DNA of 64,000 nucleotides from assembly GCA_963774425.1 (NCBI GenBank), contig CAVZEZ010000020.1, positions 29,555 to 93,554 on the forward strand, given 5' to 3'. The stretch comes from an uncultured delta proteobacterium (GTDB lineage: Bacteria; Desulfobacterota; Desulfobacteria; Desulfobacterales; JAFDCJ01). Made by a program: the position numbers and the translations under genes. Below, in pieces: positions 59,587-64,000 of this stretch (position 1 is its first letter; each line of letters begins with the position of its first letter). The notes below the pieces were generated by a model. It had not been told where the DNA came from and did no database searches. It saw only the letters and a list, made by a program, of their open reading frames with translations.

Positions 59587-60994
59587 TCTGCTTAAGATAC
59601 GGCATACCCTGGCGTTCCGCTTAACCCTCTGGTATGCGGGAATGTTTATGTTTTCCGCATGCGTTGCATTTTTTTTTCTGTATCTGCTGATCAATTCGGT
59701 TCTACGCCAGCAGACCGACCAGGGTCTTTCGAGTGAGGTTCGGACATTTTCTTCAATACTGTCTTCTCAAGGCACCGAGGCGGTGAAGCGACAGGCATTT
59801 TTGGAGGCTCAGGCTGCAGGCGAGAGAAAGATTTTCTTTCGCCTGCTTTACCTGTCGGGTCAGATTTTTTCTTCATCAAATATGTCTTACTGGCGGGATA
59901 TCGGGATCAACAAAAATGCCGTCAAGCACTTGTTGAAAGAGGGGAAACCGCTTTTCGACACCATCAACATCCCCGATCGCACCCACAAGGTGCGGGTCCT
60001 TTATGCCGTCATCGGACCCGGCATGATATTGCAACTGGGCCAGTCCATGGAAAGCCACACCCGCTTTATCGAAATTTTTCGCAAGGTTTTTATTTTAACC
60101 ATGGCCATCCTTTTTGTTCTGGCGGTTGTCGTCGGCTGGTTTATGGCCAGACGTGCACTGGTGGGTGTGGAAACGGTCACCCAAACCGCGCGCAGAATAT
60201 CGGACGGCAGTCTTGAAAAACGGGTTCCGGTGAAAAGAGTCGGTGATGAAATCGATCAGTTGGCAATTACCTTCAACCAGATGCTGGACCGGATCCAGAA
60301 GCTGGTCACCGGCATCAAGGAAATGAGCGACAACATCGCCCATGATCTGAAAAGCCCGATTACGCGGATCCGAGGCCTCGCCGAAGTTTCGTTAACCGCC
60401 GGTTCATCCATAACCGACTTCGAAAAAATGGCTGCCAGTACCATTGAAGAGTGCGACCGGCTGCTGGAAATGATCAATACCATGCTGATCATTTCAAAAA
60501 CCGAAGCCGGTGTCGGCCAGCTGGACTGCCATCGGTTCGATATCTGCAGACTGGTTCGCGACGCCTGCGATTTGTTTCAATCACCGGCCGAAGACAAAGG
60601 GCTTGAACTTGTTTGCAACCCACCTGAAACCGTCGGTATTTTCGGCGACATGCGTCTGATTCAAAGGATGATCGCCAACCTTCTCGACAACGCCATCAAA
60701 TACACGCCGCCCCATGGAACGATCCATGTCGACTTGCACGCCACGGCGAATCACACCATGCTGATTTCCGTGAAAGATACGGGCATCGGCATTTCAGCAC
60801 AGCATCTTCCGCATATTTTTGAGCGCTTTTACCGCTGCGATCCCAGCCGGTCCAATGCCGGCACCGGCTTGGGCCTGAGTTTCGCCCGCGCCGTCGCCCG
60901 CGCCCACCACGGGGACATCACCGTTTCCAGTACACCGGGCAAGGGCAGTACATTCATCGTAAACATTGCGAAAGACAGCCACGCGGAAATTTAG
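59570..60994 (+). CDS. HAMP sensor histidine kinase (CusS-like)
   Basis: Two TM segments, HAMP, IAHDLKSP, NLLDNAIKY, FERFYR and GTGLGL motifs. Confidence 0.93.
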   Translation: MSLKTDLLKIRHTLAFRLTLWYAGMFMFSACVAFFFLYLLINSVLRQQTDQGLSSEVRTFSSILSSQGTEAVKRQAFLEAQAAGERKIFFRLLYLSGQIFSSSNMSYWRDIGINKNAVKHLLKEGKPLFDTINIPDRTHKVRVLYAVIGPGMILQLGQSMESHTRFIEIFRKVFILTMAILFVLAVVVGWFMARRALVGVETVTQTARRISDGSLEKRVPVKRVGDEIDQLAITFNQMLDRIQKLVTGIKEMSDNIAHDLKSPITRIRGLAEVSLTAGSSITDFEKMAASTIEECDRLLEMINTMLIISKTEAGVGQLDCHRFDICRLVRDACDLFQSPAEDKGLELVCNPPETVGIFGDMRLIQRMIANLLDNAIKYTPPHGTIHVDLHATANHTMLISVKDTGIGISAQHLPHIFERFYRCDPSRSNAGTGLGLSFARAVARAHHGDITVSSTPGKGSTFIVNIAKDSHAEI

Positions 60995-61033
60995 TCAACT
61001 CCCTTCGGCTGGCGCCGAAGGCCTGGGGAAAAA

Positions 61034-61191
61034 GGATTCAAGGGTTCCAGGGGTCAAGCAGAAAGACCGGTCAAGCCTCTGCTTGAATCCTTGGGCCCTC
61101 GCCCCCTTGAATCCTTGCCCAACATCAAATGTTAATCTAACGTCTTCGCCTAATGGCAAGGGTTTTGCTCCCCTTCCCCGAGTGGGACAAT
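61034..61191. repeat. 158-nt dispersed palindromic repeat, copy 2
   Basis: The left arm GGATTCAAGGGTTCCAGGGGTCAAG and 3' end TTCCCCGAGTGGGACAAT are identical to copy 1. Confidence 0.88.
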
Positions 61192-61264
61192 AAAGCAGTG
61201 GAAAAATCGCGCTGTTCCCGCTCTTTATGTTTTCCTGGTTAAGCCGCCTCGCCTGCATCATGGT

Positions 61265-63295
61265 TTACAGGACTTTTACAACCACGAAGGTCAAATCATC
61301 CATCGGACTTTTCGATCCCAGAAAGCGCATGAGTTCCTCATTGATTCGTTCGACGATCTCCATCGCTGATCGGTTTGCCAGACGCCGGACCAGTTCACAC
61401 ATGCGCTTCTTGCCAAACATTTCACCGTCTTCGTTGAAAGCTTCCCGCAATCCATCGGTGCTGACCAGAATCACCTGGCCTGAATGGACATGGGTGAAGC
61501 ACTGCTCTTCGTAACGGATCCCTTTGATCAGGCCCAACGACATGCCGCTTCCGTTTAATTCGCAGAATTGGTCGGTTCTGGGGTCATAGACAATCGGCAG
61601 ATCATGACCGGCGGTTGCCCAGCATAATTCCTTGCGCTCGGCGTCCGCCGTCATCAGCAACATGGTCATGAATCGATCGCCTCCCGTGTCTTCCACCAGC
61701 AGGGAATTCAAGTGGGTGAGCAGGTCAGCCAGGGAAGCGGGTTCACGACATCGGCTGCGGAGGATACCGCGGGCGGTCGCCATGAGCATCGCGGCAGCCA
61801 CGCCATGGCCGACTACATCTCCCACCGCGATTGCGGCGGTGGTTTCCGGCAGTCCCGCAATTTTAAGAAAATCAAAATAATCTCCACCTGTCTCGTCGCA
61901 ATAGGTGGCGCAGCCGGTTATCTCCAATCCTTTGATCACCGGATTTTCCGACGGCAGGAGGTTTTGCTGTACCTCCTGGGCCAATTCCAGAGAGGTTCTC
62001 AGCCGTACCCGATCTCGCAGACCCGCGGCCATGGCGTTCAGCTGTTTGGAGAGCCAAACGAATTCGGAGGAATATTCAAGTTTCAATTCATGTGCGAGAT
62101 CGCCTTGATGTATTCGTTGCACAAAGGCCAGAAGATCCATCATCGGCCAGATTGAAATTACCGCCACGCCGGCGCCAAACAGCAACGTAACGAGCACCGC
62201 CAGACCCCCGATTTGGATATGACGATTCCGGCCGGCTTTGATTTCAGCTAAAAAATCACTTTCAGGAATCAGCGTGGCGATGATCAGACTCAAACCGGTT
62301 TCATGTTGGGATGGCGAGATCATCAGAAGGTAGGGCTTTCGGTTGATCGCCAGCTTCAGTTGATATCGCCCTTCGATCGCGTTATATGACCCGAATTCTA
62401 ATTCCAGTTGCTTGGCGGCCGCCGCGATCTGCTTGTCGGCGGCTGCAGAAGCGCGTACAGGAAGATTGTCGGAACCCTTTAAGGAAATACCGGTAGAGGT
62501 GGCAATCAAAAGCCCTCTCCGGTCGATTAAAAAAGCTTTTCCGGTTCGACCTACACTCAGTCGGGCGAGAAACAGGGCGATATTGTCCAATGTCATCTCG
62601 GCATTCATGACGCCCAGGATTTTATTTTCTTCATTTCGAACCGGTTGGGCATACCCCAGCGTCAGCTTACCGCCGGGACGCTCCGGATCTTCTCCCGCAT
62701 AGGACTCCGTCCATATGGCGCTGCCGGTCCGGATCGCGGCTAGGTACCATGGTTTGTCCCGCGGGTCGAAGAGAGCCGGTGCGGTTTTTTCGCGCTCTAT
62801 TTCCCCATTGAAATTACAGAAAAATTTATGGAGCCGACCGTTCGTTTTCTCATCCGATATGCTGAAGACATAGGTGGATTCGCCGGAAACCCGTGCAATG
62901 CCCATATAGCGCCCATCTGCACCGCCCCAGTCGAGACTGCTGAGTCCGAGTCCCCTGAATGAGCGAGCCTGCTCGAAAAGCGTCATCCGCCAGGAACGCA
63001 AGTTTTGCACGGCAAGCAAGCCATGGCTGATCAGATTTGTGTCTACCTCCAGGATCTGATAGGGCAGATTCAGCAGGTCGTCGAGTCGCTCTTTAATTCG
63101 ATAATGTATTTGGACAAGGTTCTGCTCCATAAAATCATTTGCTGCGGATTCGGCGTCTAAAAAGGCGATCGTGGCCAACATGACCACCACGGCGACCACG
63201 GGAGCCGTGATGAGCAACGGCAGGGAAACCTTCATGGGTATCCTGGACAGATTTCGACGAAGCAGCGGCAAATTGAAAATAGTCTTAAGCGACAT
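61265..63295 (-). CDS. Membrane SpoIIE/PP2C phosphatase with Cache and HAMP domains (start could be 63331)
   Basis: TM-Cache-TM-HAMP followed by VQQNLLP, GGDYF, GDVVGHG, AGH, STDG and DDLT. Confidence 0.9.
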   Translation of the reverse strand: MSLKTIFNLPLLRRNLSRIPMKVSLPLLITAPVVAVVVMLATIAFLDAESAANDFMEQNLVQIHYRIKERLDDLLNLPYQILEVDTNLISHGLLAVQNLRSWRMTLFEQARSFRGLGLSSLDWGGADGRYMGIARVSGESTYVFSISDEKTNGRLHKFFCNFNGEIEREKTAPALFDPRDKPWYLAAIRTGSAIWTESYAGEDPERPGGKLTLGYAQPVRNEENKILGVMNAEMTLDNIALFLARLSVGRTGKAFLIDRRGLLIATSTGISLKGSDNLPVRASAAADKQIAAAAKQLELEFGSYNAIEGRYQLKLAINRKPYLLMISPSQHETGLSLIIATLIPESDFLAEIKAGRNRHIQIGGLAVLVTLLFGAGVAVISIWPMMDLLAFVQRIHQGDLAHELKLEYSSEFVWLSKQLNAMAAGLRDRVRLRTSLELAQEVQQNLLPSENPVIKGLEITGCATYCDETGGDYFDFLKIAGLPETTAAIAVGDVVGHGVAAAMLMATARGILRSRCREPASLADLLTHLNSLLVEDTGGDRFMTMLLMTADAERKELCWATAGHDLPIVYDPRTDQFCELNGSGMSLGLIKGIRYEEQCFTHVHSGQVILVSTDGLREAFNEDGEMFGKKRMCELVRRLANRSAMEIVERINEELMRFLGSKSPMDDLTFVVVKVL

Positions 63296-63427
63296 TCCGG
63301 AGACTCCCGCATTATCCCTGGTGTCCGGCACAGGGATGACTGAACTGGATCTGGCAGAGGATTCAAAGGTTCTACTAATTAAATAAGACCCGGATTAAAA
63401 AATACAAGAGTTGCCGATGTGCCCCGA

Positions 63428-64000
63428 TCAGCCCGTCCACCGGGCTTCTTCGGTAAAGAACCGGTCTACTATTTCCATATATGCTCGAATACAATGGATC
63501 CTGTGCACCTTCTTGGCAATCTTGCGGCTGTGCTCGAAGGACTTTGAAAAATAGGTCCAAAAGCCTTTCATCCGGTTCAATAAATGGCCGGGGCCTGAGT
63601 ACCTGCGGCGGTATTGTTCGAAGAGATCATCGTAAAACCGTCTGAATATTTCAACCTTACGAGGTATATCATCCGCACCGGCTTTTATGATTTGTGGTAA
63701 AAACGGGTTGGTTAAGGCGCCTCGCCCAATCATCCAGCCATCGATTCCTTTGAAACGGTTCGCAATCTTGTGAAAGCTATGCAGATCGTGTATATCCCCA
63801 TTGTACACGACTCTGTGAACGGATTGCTCGAGACACTTCTCAAACGCATCCAGGTCCGTCTGACCATCGTACATCTGTTTTCCGGTTCGCGGATGAATGA
63901 TAATCTCCTTCAGGGGATATCGATTGAATATAGGCATCAATTCGAAGATTTCGCTGATGGTGTGACGCCCCAATCGGGTTTTGATTGAAAGCTGGTTGGG
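63428..64000 (-). CDS. tRNA-dihydrouridine synthase family protein, 5' part outside the window
   Basis: The frame is open to the window edge. SIKTRLG, IHPRT, YNGDI and MIGRG motifs. Confidence 0.88.
   Translation of the reverse strand, partial: PNQLSIKTRLGRHTISEIFELMPIFNRYPLKEIIIHPRTGKQMYDGQTDLDAFEKCLEQSVHRVVYNGDIHDLHSFHKIANRFKGIDGWMIGRGALTNPFLPQIIKAGADDIPRKVEIFRRFYDDLFEQYRRRYSGPGHLLNRMKGFWTYFSKSFEHSRKIAKKVHRIHCIRAYMEIVDRFFTEEARWTG

Noticed and set aside
1-64000. CRISPR array, tRNA, rRNA, transposase or integrase
   Set aside because: I saw no regularly spaced direct repeats, cloverleaf signatures, rRNA sequence or recombinase motifs.

Overview
64 kb of a GC-moderate anaerobic bacterium. The gene content points to Desulfobacterota (Desulfobacterales-like; this is an inference). 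The left half is mostly core genes: rplU-rpmA-obgE-proBA-nadD-rsfS, nth, rlmN and ffh-rpsP-rimM-trmD-rplS-rnhB. It also holds an ArsR-regulated metal permease and a Tat-exported formate dehydrogenase (fdnG/fdnH/fdhE, plus fdhD). Three genes split in the ORF track read through in-frame UGA codons at conserved Cys positions, each followed by a SECIS-like hairpin. They are the FDH alpha subunit, a UxxC TlpA-like redoxin, and an SO_0444/DUF318 permease that may carry a second Sec in its tail. trmD is broken by an A11 run. An atypical rubredoxin missing from the ORF track lies at 25509-25688. The centre has a complete, translationally coupled MksF-MksE-MksB-MksG (Wadjet/JetABCD-like) condensin-nuclease operon and an FrhB-like/IorA/IorB operon. 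The right half has aminotransferases, a hydroxypyruvate reductase closely resembling the plant peroxisomal enzyme, many signalling genes and three gene remnants. Several families of long palindromic intergenic elements occur, one in two 158-nt copies 44 kb apart. I found no tRNA, rRNA, CRISPR array or transposase.
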